In this document: positions 20,324-30,083 of the stretch, in pieces | Layout: every line of letters starts with the position of its first letter | Numbering within the stretch: position 1 is the stretch's first letter | Virus record (IMG/VR): IMGVR_UViG_3300026085_000093 | Location: 1 to 64,000 of that record | DNA: 64,000 nt | Reading direction: 5' to 3' (one strand) | Origin: a virus | Taxonomy: Duplodnaviria > Caudoviricetes | Notes under the pieces: generated by a model | Database searches by the model: none | The model's input: only the letters and a program-made list of their open reading frames with translations | What the model was told of the DNA's origin: nothing | Position numbers and translations under genes: made by a program

Positions 20324-21154
20324 ATGGACTATTACAGCGTACTAGGTGTAAACAAACACGCCACATCAGACGAATTAAAGAAAGCATACAGAAAACTTGC
20401 AATGGAACACCATCCTGACAAGGGTGGTGATGGCAAAAAGTTTGCCCAAATTAACGAAGCATATGATACGTTGAAAGATCCTGAAAAAAGATCGTTATAT
20501 GACAATCCTGCAACTAATAATAATTTTCAAGGTAATGCATTTACTGATAACTTCGGTAATTTTAACGATATTTTTGGCAGTATGTTTGGACAAGGTTTTG
20601 CACAACAACATCGAGCAGTAAAAAATAAAGATATTAGATTGCGTGTAAGTTTAACACTAGAAGATGTTTTAACAGGTAAAGATTTTCTTGCAACTTATAG
20701 TATGTTAAATGGTGTAGAAACAAGTGCAAGTATTAGAATTGCTCCTGGTGTAATGGATGGTCAATTAATGAGATACAGAGGATTAGGAGATCACTCTGCC
20801 CACAGTCTGCCTAGAGGTGACTTGATTATGCAAATAAGCATTGTAAAACATCCTAGGTTTAGAAGAGATAATGCACACTTACATATTGAAGAAAAGGTAA
20901 ATCTTTTTGATTTTATTACAGGTACAACAAAAAACATTCCAACTCTAGAAGGAGGCATGGTTAGATTGAATATTCCTGCAGGAACAAACCCAGGTACAAT
21001 ATTAAGTGTATCTGGAAAAGGTTTGCCAGAACTTAATACAGGACGTACAGGAAATTTATATGTAAAGTTGAAAGGTATTACACCAAAAATAAAAGATCCA
21101 AATATGCTAGAAAAGGTAAAATTAATAAATGATGCAATTAATCGTAGCGCCTGA
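20324..21154 (+). CDS. dnaJ: J-domain co-chaperone (DnaJ type II/CbpA-like, no zinc finger)
   Basis: DYYSVLGV...HPDKGG J-domain, G/F-rich linker and DnaJ C-terminal domains. Confidence 0.9.
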   Translation: MDYYSVLGVNKHATSDELKKAYRKLAMEHHPDKGGDGKKFAQINEAYDTLKDPEKRSLYDNPATNNNFQGNAFTDNFGNFNDIFGSMFGQGFAQQHRAVKNKDIRLRVSLTLEDVLTGKDFLATYSMLNGVETSASIRIAPGVMDGQLMRYRGLGDHSAHSLPRGDLIMQISIVKHPRFRRDNAHLHIEEKVNLFDFITGTTKNIPTLEGGMVRLNIPAGTNPGTILSVSGKGLPELNTGRTGNLYVKLKGITPKIKDPNMLEKVKLINDAINRSA

Positions 21155-21653
21155 TACAAGACTAGAAAATCCTGTTCCAAAGTTTGACTTGGTTACAGAT
21201 AATCCAAGACCTCTTGCATTTCAAATGATTGAATTAATGCAAAAGGAAGGTGGATTAGGGCTATCAGCAAATCAAGTGGGAATAAATGGGCAGATATTTG
21301 TTATGAAATGTTTGTTAAATAAAAAATACGGCGATACAATCGTTGTGATGAATCCACATATTAAAGGAATAAGTAAAGAATTAGAAGAAGGAATTGAGGG
21401 GTGTTTAAGCCATCCAGGTTTAACACTTAAAGTAAGACGTCCAATTAGTTGTATTGTTGAATTTGATACCTTGACAAATGATTATAAAGATGTTATACAT
21501 ATAGAGACAAAATTTAATGATATTGACAGTAGAATATTTTTACATGAATACGACCATTTACAAGGAATACAATTCATTAATAGGGTTAGTAGACTTAAAC
21601 TTAACATGGGTTTAAAAAAGCAAGCAAAAAGGAACAAAAATGGTAGAACCTAG
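21129..21653 (+). CDS. def: Peptide deformylase
   Basis: [13 protein letters not shown] and HEYDH motifs are intact. Confidence 0.9.
   Translation: MMQLIVAPDTRLENPVPKFDLVTDNPRPLAFQMIELMQKEGGLGLSANQVGINGQIFVMKCLLNKKYGDTIVVMNPHIKGISKELEEGIEGCLSHPGLTLKVRRPISCIVEFDTLTNDYKDVIHIETKFNDIDSRIFLHEYDHLQGIQFINRVSRLKLNMGLKKQAKRNKNGRT
21471..21499 (+). promoter_or_regulatory. Possible sigma70 promoter inside def, upstream of clpA
   Basis: TTGACA-N17-TATACA with an extended -10 TG. Confidence 0.4.
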
Positions 21654-23889
21654 CCAGGCATTACAAGTAGTATTTGACAAGGCAGTTAAAGACGCAAAGA
21701 AATTACAACATGAATATGTTACTCTTGAACATCTTCTGTTTGCAATGCTTTGCGAAGAACAATTTTCTACAGCATTAAAAGGGTTTGATACAGATGTAGA
21801 CCTATTAAAAAAGAATGTAGAAAATTATCTCAAAACAAAACTAAGCGAAATTAAAACAGAAGCAAAAAAATACAAACCTGTAAAAACAGGAACAGTTGAA
21901 CGTGTTTTAAACAGAGCATTTGCACAAGTTTTATTCCAAGGACGCAATCAAATAGAAATTACTGATGTCTTTATTAGTACATTAAGTGAAAAAAGAAGTT
22001 ATGCGTTCTTTGCATGTCAACAAGCAGGTATTCAAAAAGATAAGTTTATTCAATATATGAGTGCAGAACTTGAGTTAGATATTACCGACGAAGATGATAT
22101 GGAAAATGCCGGGATCGCTAATAAAGCGTTAAAGGCGTTCACTGATGATCTTAATGCTGATGTTAAAAAAGGCCGGATCGATCCTGTAATTGGACGAGAA
22201 GATGAAATAGAATCACTAGCACTTGCGTTAGGACGCCGCACAAAATCAAATGTTCTTATGGTAGGCGATCCAGGTGTAGGTAAAACTGCTATTGCAGAAG
22301 GACTTGCATGGAAAATTGTAAACAATGATGTTCCAGATTTCCTAAAAGAATATAATGTTTATGCACTCGATATTGGTAGTATGCTTGCTGGCTCAAAATA
22401 TCGTGGAGACTTTGAAGAACGCTTTAAACTTGTATTATCTGCACTACAGAAAAAAGGTAAAACAATCATGTTTATCGATGAAGCACACATGATTTCAGGT
22501 GCAGGAGCAGGAGGCAGCAATAGTGCAAACGATCTTGCAAACATGCTCAAACCGGCATTATCTAAAGGCAACATTAAAGTTGTTGCTTCAACTACTTGGG
22601 AAGAATATCGTAAGTATTTTGAATCAGATCGTGCTCTAATGAGACGTTTTCAGCGGGTAACTGTAGACGAACCTAGTGCAGAAATTACAAAAGATATTTT
22701 ACATGGTATAAAGAAGTATTATGAAGAGTTCCACACTGTTGAAATTACTGATGAAGCAATCGAAGCAGCAGTAAAACTAACAATAAAATATCAAGCAGAT
22801 AAAAAACTACCTGACAAAGCAATTGATGTAATCGATGTTGCATGTAGTAGATTCAAAGTTAACAATCAAACAGAAAATAAAATTGTTACAGAAGAAAGTA
22901 TTCAATTTGAACTTGCTAAAATGGTTAAAATACCTAAAGAACAAGTTGCAGAACGTGAAACAGAAAACCTTGCTAATTTAGAAAATAATATGAAAGGCAG
23001 TGTTTATGGACAAGACGAAGCAATTGAAGGCATTGTTGATAAAATACTTGTGGCGCAAGCAGGATTAAAGGCAGCAAACAAACCTATTGGCTCGTTTGTG
23101 TTTATGGGTCCAACAGGAACAGGTAAAACGGAAACAGCAAAACAACTTGCACATCATTTAGGTGTACAACTTGTACGTTTTGATATGAGCGAATACCAAG
23201 AAAAGCACAGTGTTGCTAAGTTTATCGGTGCACCTCCAGGCTATGTAGGTTTTGAAGACGATGCCGGCCAACTTATTATCAAATTACAAGAAAATCCAAA
23301 CTGTGTGTTATTGTTAGACGAAATTGAAAAAGCACACCCTGATGTAAGTAATGTTTTATTGCAACTTATGGATAACGGAATGATCACAGGGTCAAACGGT
23401 AAAGAAGCAGATGCTAGAAATTGTATTCTAATTCTTACAACTAACTTAGGTGCTAGAGAATCAGAAAAGAATGCAATCGGTTTTGGTGAAGAAACAGATG
23501 GTTCTGACTACGAAGACGGTGAATTGAAAAAATTCTTTGCTCCAGAGTTTAGAAATAGGCTAGATGGCGTTATTACATTTGCTAAACTTGGTAAGCCTGT
23601 GATGTTAAAAATTGTTGGCAAGTTCTTAAAAGAACTTAAAGATCAAGTTAAGGACAAAAACGTAGAAATTAGTGTCACAGACGAAGCATTAGACTTGTTA
23701 GTAGACAAAGGTTTCGATCGCAAGATGGGTGCAAGACCATTACAGCGTGTTATTGACAAAGATATCAAACGTCCTTTGTCAAGGATGCTATTGTTTGGTG
23801 ATTTAAAAGACGGTGGTAAACTTACAATCAACGCAAAAGGCAAAGACATCGTCCTAAATGTTGAGAGTACTGTAATTGCAACAAGCTGA
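21640..23889 (+). CDS. clpA: ClpA-type Hsp100 unfoldase
   Basis: Clp N-domain, two AAA modules (GDPGVGKT, GPTGTGKT), no ClpB middle domain, IGF ClpP-docking loop. Confidence 0.93.
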   Translation: MVEPSQALQVVFDKAVKDAKKLQHEYVTLEHLLFAMLCEEQFSTALKGFDTDVDLLKKNVENYLKTKLSEIKTEAKKYKPVKTGTVERVLNRAFAQVLFQGRNQIEITDVFISTLSEKRSYAFFACQQAGIQKDKFIQYMSAELELDITDEDDMENAGIANKALKAFTDDLNADVKKGRIDPVIGREDEIESLALALGRRTKSNVLMVGDPGVGKTAIAEGLAWKIVNNDVPDFLKEYNVYALDIGSMLAGSKYRGDFEERFKLVLSALQKKGKTIMFIDEAHMISGAGAGGSNSANDLANMLKPALSKGNIKVVASTTWEEYRKYFESDRALMRRFQRVTVDEPSAEITKDILHGIKKYYEEFHTVEITDEAIEAAVKLTIKYQADKKLPDKAIDVIDVACSRFKVNNQTENKIVTEESIQFELAKMVKIPKEQVAERETENLANLENNMKGSVYGQDEAIEGIVDKILVAQAGLKAANKPIGSFVFMGPTGTGKTETAKQLAHHLGVQLVRFDMSEYQEKHSVAKFIGAPPGYVGFEDDAGQLIIKLQENPNCVLLLDEIEKAHPDVSNVLLQLMDNGMITGSNGKEADARNCILILTTNLGARESEKNAIGFGEETDGSDYEDGELKKFFAPEFRNRLDGVITFAKLGKPVMLKIVGKFLKELKDQVKDKNVEISVTDEALDLLVDKGFDRKMGARPLQRVIDKDIKRPLSRMLLFGDLKDGGKLTINAKGKDIVLNVESTVIATS

Positions 23890-24574
23890 GACTACAAAAC
23901 TACACTATAACAAATATCTATATAAATTAGAAACAAGACTTTATGTAGCACATATCTTGCGTACTGAAATGCAGCATGGAAAAAACTTTCAGTACGCAAG
24001 ACGAGAACTTAATGCTTTTAAAGCAAGAGTTTTTCCTGGAAGTAAAACATTTCAAGTTAATGCTCGATTTGGACAAACACACCTTTCGATTGACACTGAT
24101 GAATTACTTGATGTTGAAAGAGTTATTGCCAATCTTATGCACGAAGAAGACTACACTATCAGAGTAGAACAAAGTTTTTTAAACATTTATTCTAATAATG
24201 AAAGTTTAATTGATAGGTTAGCAAAAACTTTATCAGCAAATTATATAAAGGTTTGGAAACCAAATCCTGATATGATAGAATATTTGCAAAAGAATAAAAA
24301 TGTTATTATTGTAAACAAAGAAGTAGAGTTTGATTACAAAGTTACGTTTGGAGGTAATAGCGTTAATCCCTTAATGGCTAATTGGATTGTAAAAAATCCT
24401 AATTTATGCAAGTGTGGCCCTAAACTATTAGAAAAAATAAAAAACAAAAAATGGATCAAAGGGCAATACGTTTATATTAAGAACGACAAAGCACTTACTT
24501 TGTTTCAACTACTCTCAGGTGGAAATATTTCAAGGATCGATAAACTAATCTACAAACATGATCTAGATAAATAG
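23876..24574 (+). CDS. Hypothetical protein
   Basis: 232-aa ORF overlapping the clpA end. Confidence 0.55.
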   Translation: MQQAETTKLHYNKYLYKLETRLYVAHILRTEMQHGKNFQYARRELNAFKARVFPGSKTFQVNARFGQTHLSIDTDELLDVERVIANLMHEEDYTIRVEQSFLNIYSNNESLIDRLAKTLSANYIKVWKPNPDMIEYLQKNKNVIIVNKEVEFDYKVTFGGNSVNPLMANWIVKNPNLCKCGPKLLEKIKNKKWIKGQYVYIKNDKALTLFQLLSGGNISRIDKLIYKHDLDK

Positions 24575-24601
24575 TATTAGTAAATTTACAAAGGATCGAT
24601 C

Positions 24602-25360
24602 ATGGAACATTTCGTACGAGTAGTCATGGAAAAAACCGACATTGCTGAAAAGTTAGATGAGTCAATTTTTCCAGGCAACGACATTTTTGAATCAGAACAG
24701 GGTGCAACAGTTTTTGAAATTCCTCTATCTAGGGAATTATCAGAAGAAGAAGCAGATGGATATGCAGAGCACCTAGCAAATTATATGTTTGAACAAGGTT
24801 ATGACGACTTTGATATTGAAATATCTGCTAACGAAGAAATTTCAGACATTGAAGAAACATATGACGGCGACGAGTTTTTTGAAAACTACGGTGTCATGTG
24901 GTTCAACGAAGATGAAGATGAAGGTTTAGAAGAAAGATCAGAGTTTGAAAAATATAGAAATATGTATATTGTCTATGATCCAGGAACACTAGAAGTTAAA
25001 AAAAGCTATCCAATAACAAATAAAATGCAAGCACAAAACGATGCAAAAGCAATGGGTATGGTAGCAACTAGTGGAACAAAATATTTAGAATTAAGACGTG
25101 ATAGAAAATCAATGGACGAAGCTGAATATCAAGGACGCAAAGTTAAACTTGGCAAACCTATGCGCGGCGATGTTAAAAAGTTCAAAGTATATGTAAGAGA
25201 TCCAAAGACTAAAAATATTAAGAAAGTTAACTTTGGTGATCCAAACATGAAGATCAAAAAGTCTAACCCAGCACGTAGACGTTCATTCCGTGCTAGACAT
25301 AACTGTGATAATCCAGGACCAAGAACAAAAGCACGTTACTGGAGTTGTAGAAAATGGTAA
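24602..25360 (+). CDS. Modular probable internal head protein: acidic N-terminal part plus basic C-terminal module
   Basis: Late promoter at 24568; junctions LEE|R and MDE|AE precede a Lys/Arg-rich FGDP...ARH.C...YWSC module. Confidence 0.55.
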   Translation: MEHFVRVVMEKTDIAEKLDESIFPGNDIFESEQGATVFEIPLSRELSEEEADGYAEHLANYMFEQGYDDFDIEISANEEISDIEETYDGDEFFENYGVMWFNEDEDEGLEERSEFEKYRNMYIVYDPGTLEVKKSYPITNKMQAQNDAKAMGMVATSGTKYLELRRDRKSMDEAEYQGRKVKLGKPMRGDVKKFKVYVRDPKTKNIKKVNFGDPNMKIKKSNPARRRSFRARHNCDNPGPRTKARYWSCRKW

Positions 25361-25707
25361 AAATCAACGAGTTTCACGATCTTAGCCAAGACATGGATAT
25401 GAAAACTGGAGACAAACTTCCGTTTAACGTTGTTGACGATTTAGTAGTCTATATGAAGAATGATCCTGAATTTTATAGACGCCAATTATATCCAAAAATG
25501 TGTGATGTACAAGAAGTTGTAAAAAAAGGCAAAAAATACGATAAAAAGTCTTTACTTCCTACTGTCGAATGTGCTATAAGAGAATATGTTGATAAATTCA
25601 AAATCAAAAAAATGCCTGAAGAGATGTGTACAAGAGAAGAAAAGATGATGGTAATCGATCAAATACTAAGAGGCGAAATAGAAAACTTCCGCAACGGAGA
25701 GTATTAA
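25354..25707 (+). CDS. Hypothetical protein with a capsid-targeting-like N-terminus
   Basis: Starts MVKINEF. Confidence 0.55.
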   Translation: MVKINEFHDLSQDMDMKTGDKLPFNVVDDLVVYMKNDPEFYRRQLYPKMCDVQEVVKKGKKYDKKSLLPTVECAIREYVDKFKIKKMPEEMCTREEKMMVIDQILRGEIENFRNGEY

Positions 25708-28109
25708 TGTTTGTTCGTGACCTTTTTGAAGCACAGGCAAGACGTATTGTTGCAATTATGCCTGGAGGATTTCATCCGTTTCATCCTGGTCACAAAAGTT
25801 TATATGATTGGGCGACTAAAACATTTGGTAGTGAAAATGTATTTGTCGCTGCAACAGCAGATACCAAAACTAGACCATTCCCTTTCGATGTAAAAAAGAA
25901 ACTTGCTAACATGGCAGGAGTTCCTGCAGAGCGTTTTATACAAGTCAAATCACCTTTTAATTTAAACAGTTATAAAGACATGTTAGGAGACGATGCAGCA
26001 ATAGTATTTGTACGCAGTCTAAAAGACAAGGGCGAACAGCCGTTACCAGATCAAACAAAGAAGAATGGTGAGCCCGGTTATTTAAGATCATACAAAGGTA
26101 AAAATCTTAGAACTAGTGATGAAATGGGATACATGGCATATGGTCCTACTATAGATTTTAATTTTTCAGGTATGCAAATCAAGAGTGCTAGTGAACTTAG
26201 AGCAACATGGCCTGAAATGTCAGACGAAGATAAATTGAAAGCTGCTAAACTTATGTACGGTAATGGTGCCCCTGTTGCTGTTAAATTGTTAAATCAAGCA
26301 CTGGGCGATCCTGAGGCTCCTGTTGGTGAAGCATCATATAACAATCACATAGGACACAATGATCTACTAACTATGCCAAAGAATACTGTTGTTATTGATA
26401 CTCCTGGTGACTTAGACTGGTACAAATTAGGACAACATTTTCCTACATTAAACCGTGCAGATCCTAGAGAATTTGGTCAAGGCGAAAGCGATGCTATAAT
26501 TACATTTGCTAACGATAAAGAAAAAGAAGTATTCCTTAAACTAGCAGCACGTTTAGGTTTAAAAGTCAAGGATATCGGCGGAAGTGCTGAACATCCTGAA
26601 ATACACGGCGAAGAACAACAAGTTAATGAGATTGCACCAGCAGTATTATGGGCAGGTGCAAAAGCAGCAGGTTGGGTTTTAGGATGGGCTGCAAGGAGAG
26701 GCGCAGTTCCTGTAGTCAAATGGGCAATTAGACGGCATGGCGGCAAAATAGCAATAGGCGGCACAGCGGCATATTATGCTAAAAAAGGATGGGACTGGGT
26801 TGAAAGTATACTTGGTCCTGAAATGGTTAAATTCCTTGTTGCAAACAAGTTTAGTATTATGATGGCAGTAATATTGATCTTAGGAGGTGTTGCCCTACAA
26901 AAATTCTTTACGAAAAAAGGTGACGAACTTGTTCAAAAGATGGCCGACGAATCAATTGACATATCTGAAGATGCTTCTCCGGATGAAGAATATGAATTCC
27001 ACAGAAAACTAGACAAGTTAGTTCACAAGTATTTTGGTCATAGTTCAGACGAAAAACCAAAAAAGACAAAACCCAAAAAAAAAATTATTGAAGGTTACAA
27101 ACTACAACTAGAGCGTGATCCTAATATGTATGTATTACATATTACTGATACTGCTACAGGTAAACGTACAGAAGTACGTGGCAAACCAGATTATGAAACT
27201 ACTGGTTACGATGCAAATGATAAACTGCATCAACTGTTAGACAAGATTGGCAAAAGTGCAAACATTGCAGAACTAATCAACGGCGAAGTTGTAACTATCA
27301 ATCCTAAACATCCTGATGCTACCAAAGCAAAAGCAGCAACAGATTTAGCATATAATGAAAGTACAGACTTAGATAGTCTTAGAAAGTTTGTAAGGTCTCA
27401 ACGAGAAGCACCTGATCAAGTTCTTTATCAAATGATGATGGCACCAGATACTTATGGACACGCAGCATCAAACTTTGTAAGAAGTTGGTATGAGAAAACA
27501 AAAGAAGAAAATGGCTTAAATGATGTAGATTCAGCGTTAGAAATAATGGTTGATGAACTTGGAATGAAAAACGAAGGCGCAGAAATCACTATGTGGACTA
27601 ATCCTGAGTACCAAGGTGCAGATGTTGACGACAAATATTATAAAAAACAACCAGTAAAAATAGTAAACGTATCTAAACTTACACCGTTTGAACCTGCAGA
27701 CAAAATGGATCCTAAAGACAATCACGACAATATGATGAAGTTTGTTGACAAGATTAAAGCAGGTGAGAAGATTAAACCTATCGTAATCTTACGACACAAA
27801 GGTAAGTGGCTTATTGTTGATGGACATCACAGATACTTTGCACACCTAAAAGCAGGTGTAGATAAAATCCGTGCAGTTGTTGCTGATCCAAAAAATGTAA
27901 CTTGGCGTGATGATGTTCCAGAGAGTGTAAAAGAAAACTTTGCTGACGGTAAAGTAAAAGGCAAAAGCAGACCAGGGCGTGTAAAACGTGCAGGCGCTAG
28001 TTGCAATGGTAGTGTTACAGCATTACGTAAGCGAGCAAAAAATAGTTCGGGTGAGAAAGCGAGGATGTATCATTGGTGCGCAAACATGAAGGGCGGGAAG
28101 AAAAAGTAG
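25707..28109 (+). CDS. 800-aa mosaic polyprotein: HxGH nucleotidyltransferase-like, hydrophobic and ParB/Srx-like modules
   Basis: Starts MFVRDLFE; contains GGFHPFHPGH, SASELR and IVDGHHR; seven internal xxE| junctions. Confidence 0.7.
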   Translation: MFVRDLFEAQARRIVAIMPGGFHPFHPGHKSLYDWATKTFGSENVFVAATADTKTRPFPFDVKKKLANMAGVPAERFIQVKSPFNLNSYKDMLGDDAAIVFVRSLKDKGEQPLPDQTKKNGEPGYLRSYKGKNLRTSDEMGYMAYGPTIDFNFSGMQIKSASELRATWPEMSDEDKLKAAKLMYGNGAPVAVKLLNQALGDPEAPVGEASYNNHIGHNDLLTMPKNTVVIDTPGDLDWYKLGQHFPTLNRADPREFGQGESDAIITFANDKEKEVFLKLAARLGLKVKDIGGSAEHPEIHGEEQQVNEIAPAVLWAGAKAAGWVLGWAARRGAVPVVKWAIRRHGGKIAIGGTAAYYAKKGWDWVESILGPEMVKFLVANKFSIMMAVILILGGVALQKFFTKKGDELVQKMADESIDISEDASPDEEYEFHRKLDKLVHKYFGHSSDEKPKKTKPKKKIIEGYKLQLERDPNMYVLHITDTATGKRTEVRGKPDYETTGYDANDKLHQLLDKIGKSANIAELINGEVVTINPKHPDATKAKAATDLAYNESTDLDSLRKFVRSQREAPDQVLYQMMMAPDTYGHAASNFVRSWYEKTKEENGLNDVDSALEIMVDELGMKNEGAEITMWTNPEYQGADVDDKYYKKQPVKIVNVSKLTPFEPADKMDPKDNHDNMMKFVDKIKAGEKIKPIVILRHKGKWLIVDGHHRYFAHLKAGVDKIRAVVADPKNVTWRDDVPESVKENFADGKVKGKSRPGRVKRAGASCNGSVTALRKRAKNSSGEKARMYHWCANMKGGKKK

Positions 28110-28297
28110 TAGATCTATATCCAGATGGGTATAGTATAACGTGGAGAGAACACGAAGATATGAGCATTGACGACATAGAATGGTCACATTATGTTGCTAA
28201 GTTAAAAGAGCACGAAGCAAATAAAACAAGCACAAACGACAGAAACAAATATTGGAATGAATATAGAAGATCTAAAGAAGTTGGCGGGGATAAATGA
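28073..28297 (+). CDS. Possible small hypothetical protein
   Basis: Fills the gap but overlaps both neighbours. Confidence 0.3.
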   Translation: MVRKHEGREEKVVDLYPDGYSITWREHEDMSIDDIEWSHYVAKLKEHEANKTSTNDRNKYWNEYRRSKEVGGDK

Positions 28298-28469
28298 ATT
28301 CAAAGGATATACTGAATATACTCCTGAGAACATGAGTGCTGCCGCTGCTGAAAAAAGAAAGATTGAAAAGAAAAAAGGCATTAAGCCTGGCGACCCAGAT
28401 TGGTTTAAACTATGGTTTAGTTTACCTTATATGACAGGTCCTGTGCAATTTAGAGGGAGAAAGAAATGA
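28257..28469 (+). CDS. Small probable internal head protein
   Basis: MNIEDLKKLAGINE| leader followed by a basic module. Confidence 0.6.
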   Translation: MNIEDLKKLAGINEFKGYTEYTPENMSAAAAEKRKIEKKKGIKPGDPDWFKLWFSLPYMTGPVQFRGRKK

Positions 28470-28576
28470 ATGGCGAAAAAAGAACTTGCAAAAATTGTGG
28501 GCATAGATGCCATTGTTATCGACCTGATTGTAAAGACTGTGTAAATGATGTTTGTACGAAGTGTAATTGTAAATGA
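28466..28576 (+). CDS. 36-aa metallothionein-like protein (not in the ORF track)
   Basis: MNGEKRTCKNCGHRCHCYRPDCKDCVNDVCTKCNCK has 9 Cys and 2 His; GGAG RBS; ATGA overlaps at both ends. Confidence 0.7.
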   Translation: MNGEKRTCKNCGHRCHCYRPDCKDCVNDVCTKCNCK

Positions 28577-29406
28577 AACTATTTGAATTTTTAAAAGAAG
28601 ATGGACGTATTGTAAAAGGAGTTAACACTACTCCTGATGTAGCAGTAGACGAAATACCAAAGCAAGCAGCAAAATTTGGTAATAAAGTAGATGTTGGCGG
28701 ACGTCCACCTACACTATCAACTAAAGTAAAAGGTAAATCTACTAACGTACTTTTTAATTTAGGACTAGCAGAAAAAACCTATAGTGCATATGAACTTGCA
28801 CTGATGGAGGGCGGGCATAGCCTACCGGAAGAACATTCATGGCCAAAAGGACACGGAAGTGAAATCGCATGGCTGGCATATAACCACAACCTAGTGGAAG
28901 AACTAGAAAACATAGGTCCTAATACTGAAATTTACGTAGACATGGACGGTGTACTTGCTGACTTTTTTGGCGATTGGGCTAAATTAATGAACAAAAAACA
29001 CTGGACTGATATCGAAGATCCTGCTAATGCAATTAACAAAATTAAAACAGTAGATGATTTTTGGTTAAATTTACCTCTTACAAAAAATGCAAAGCCTTTG
29101 CTTATGTTAATCAAGCGTGTCAAAGGCAGTTATAATATCTTAAGCAGTCCACTTGCTGATGATCCTAAAAGTATTCCGCATAAAAAGGAATGGATCAAGA
29201 AAAATTTGTCATTTTTTCCACCCAGAAGAATATTTTTAACACACGACAAAGCACAGTATGCTACAAACTCAGACGGTTCTGCAAATATTCTAATTGACGA
29301 CTATGGTGTAAACATTAACAAATGGTCCGAAGCAGGAGGTATAGGCTTCAAACACAAAGATCATAAGTTTGAAAGAACTGTGAAGAACTTAAAAGGTTTA
29401 AGATAA
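28573..29406 (+). CDS. Modular protein: targeting leader plus HAD 5'-nucleotidase (NT5C-like) domain
   Basis: Starts MKLFEFLKE; contains YVDMDGVLADF and LIDDY. Confidence 0.7.
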   Translation: MKLFEFLKEDGRIVKGVNTTPDVAVDEIPKQAAKFGNKVDVGGRPPTLSTKVKGKSTNVLFNLGLAEKTYSAYELALMEGGHSLPEEHSWPKGHGSEIAWLAYNHNLVEELENIGPNTEIYVDMDGVLADFFGDWAKLMNKKHWTDIEDPANAINKIKTVDDFWLNLPLTKNAKPLLMLIKRVKGSYNILSSPLADDPKSIPHKKEWIKKNLSFFPPRRIFLTHDKAQYATNSDGSANILIDDYGVNINKWSEAGGIGFKHKDHKFERTVKNLKGLR

Positions 29407-29413
29407 ATACATT

Positions 29414-29602
29414 ATGCTAATAAGAGAAGTCAAAAAGAGTCAATTTTCTGTTTGGATAGCAAATGTCCGAGTGCGTCAGCGTACCTACACACAATGGATA
29501 CCTGTCCAAGTTAGCGCAAGAAATAACAGAGAAGCACGTAACATCATTTATGCACAATATGGCAAAAACGCAGGCATTACAGACCTAAGGAGAGCCAAAT
29601 GA
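29414..29602 (+). CDS. Small basic protein, probably leaderless
   Basis: Starts MLIREV; TAAATA-N4-ATG. Confidence 0.6.
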   Translation: MLIREVKKSQFSVWIANVRVRQRTYTQWIPVQVSARNNREARNIIYAQYGKNAGITDLRRAK

Positions 29603-29868
29603 AAATGCAAGACATTTTAGAAGCAGTGAAGCAAAGAGATCCTAGCAGTAAAATTATGCAGGATATTCGCAAGAGTGGTGCAGCAGGTGCTCACAAAGAC
29701 AAAAAGAAAGTACTACCTCGCAAAGAAAAGCACAAAGGCAAAGCATACGAAGAATATAAACATGCTGATCATGCTAAAGGCAAAGATCCAATGCCTAAAA
29801 AATCTAAGCCAGGTAAAGGTCCTGAGACTAAACATCCTCTAAGAGGAAAATTAGTAGGAGGGACTTGA
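29599..29868 (+). CDS. Lys-rich probable internal head protein
   Basis: MKMQDILE| leader; very basic. Confidence 0.6.
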   Translation: MKMQDILEAVKQRDPSSKIMQDIRKSGAAGAHKDKKKVLPRKEKHKGKAYEEYKHADHAKGKDPMPKKSKPGKGPETKHPLRGKLVGGT

Positions 29869-29893
29869 CAATGAAGATAAAAGATGTTATAAT
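29865..29893 (+). promoter_or_regulatory. Perfect-consensus sigma70 promoter embedded in a gene start
   Basis: TTGACA-N17-TATAAT with an extended -10 TG. Confidence 0.55.
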
Positions 29894-30053
29894 AAATGAA
29901 GTTGCAACAGGAATGGGAACATCTAGTGTATCAACAGTAATAAATCCAACTGTCGCAAAATCTAAAAGAAAACCCAAAAAACAAAAGCCAACTGATAATG
30001 CATTAGATATGAAAGGTGTATCTTTATTTGGCGGATCACTGCTGAAACGATAA
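29871..30053 (+). CDS. Small probable internal head protein
   Basis: MKIKDVIINE| leader. Confidence 0.6.
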   Translation: MKIKDVIINEVATGMGTSSVSTVINPTVAKSKRKPKKQKPTDNALDMKGVSLFGGSLLKR

Positions 30054-30083
30054 ATACTACAACAAGAGAAAACGGAGCCACCG

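Noticed and set aside
24557-24604. CATGATC/GATCATG inverted repeat around the late promoter at 24568
   Set aside because: Only 7 bp with a long loop; too weak to call as another occlusion hairpin.
28441-28576. Apparent frameshift in the Cys-rich micro-ORF
   Set aside because: Recounting the A-run (six A) shows that the ATG at 28466 is in frame; no recoding is needed.
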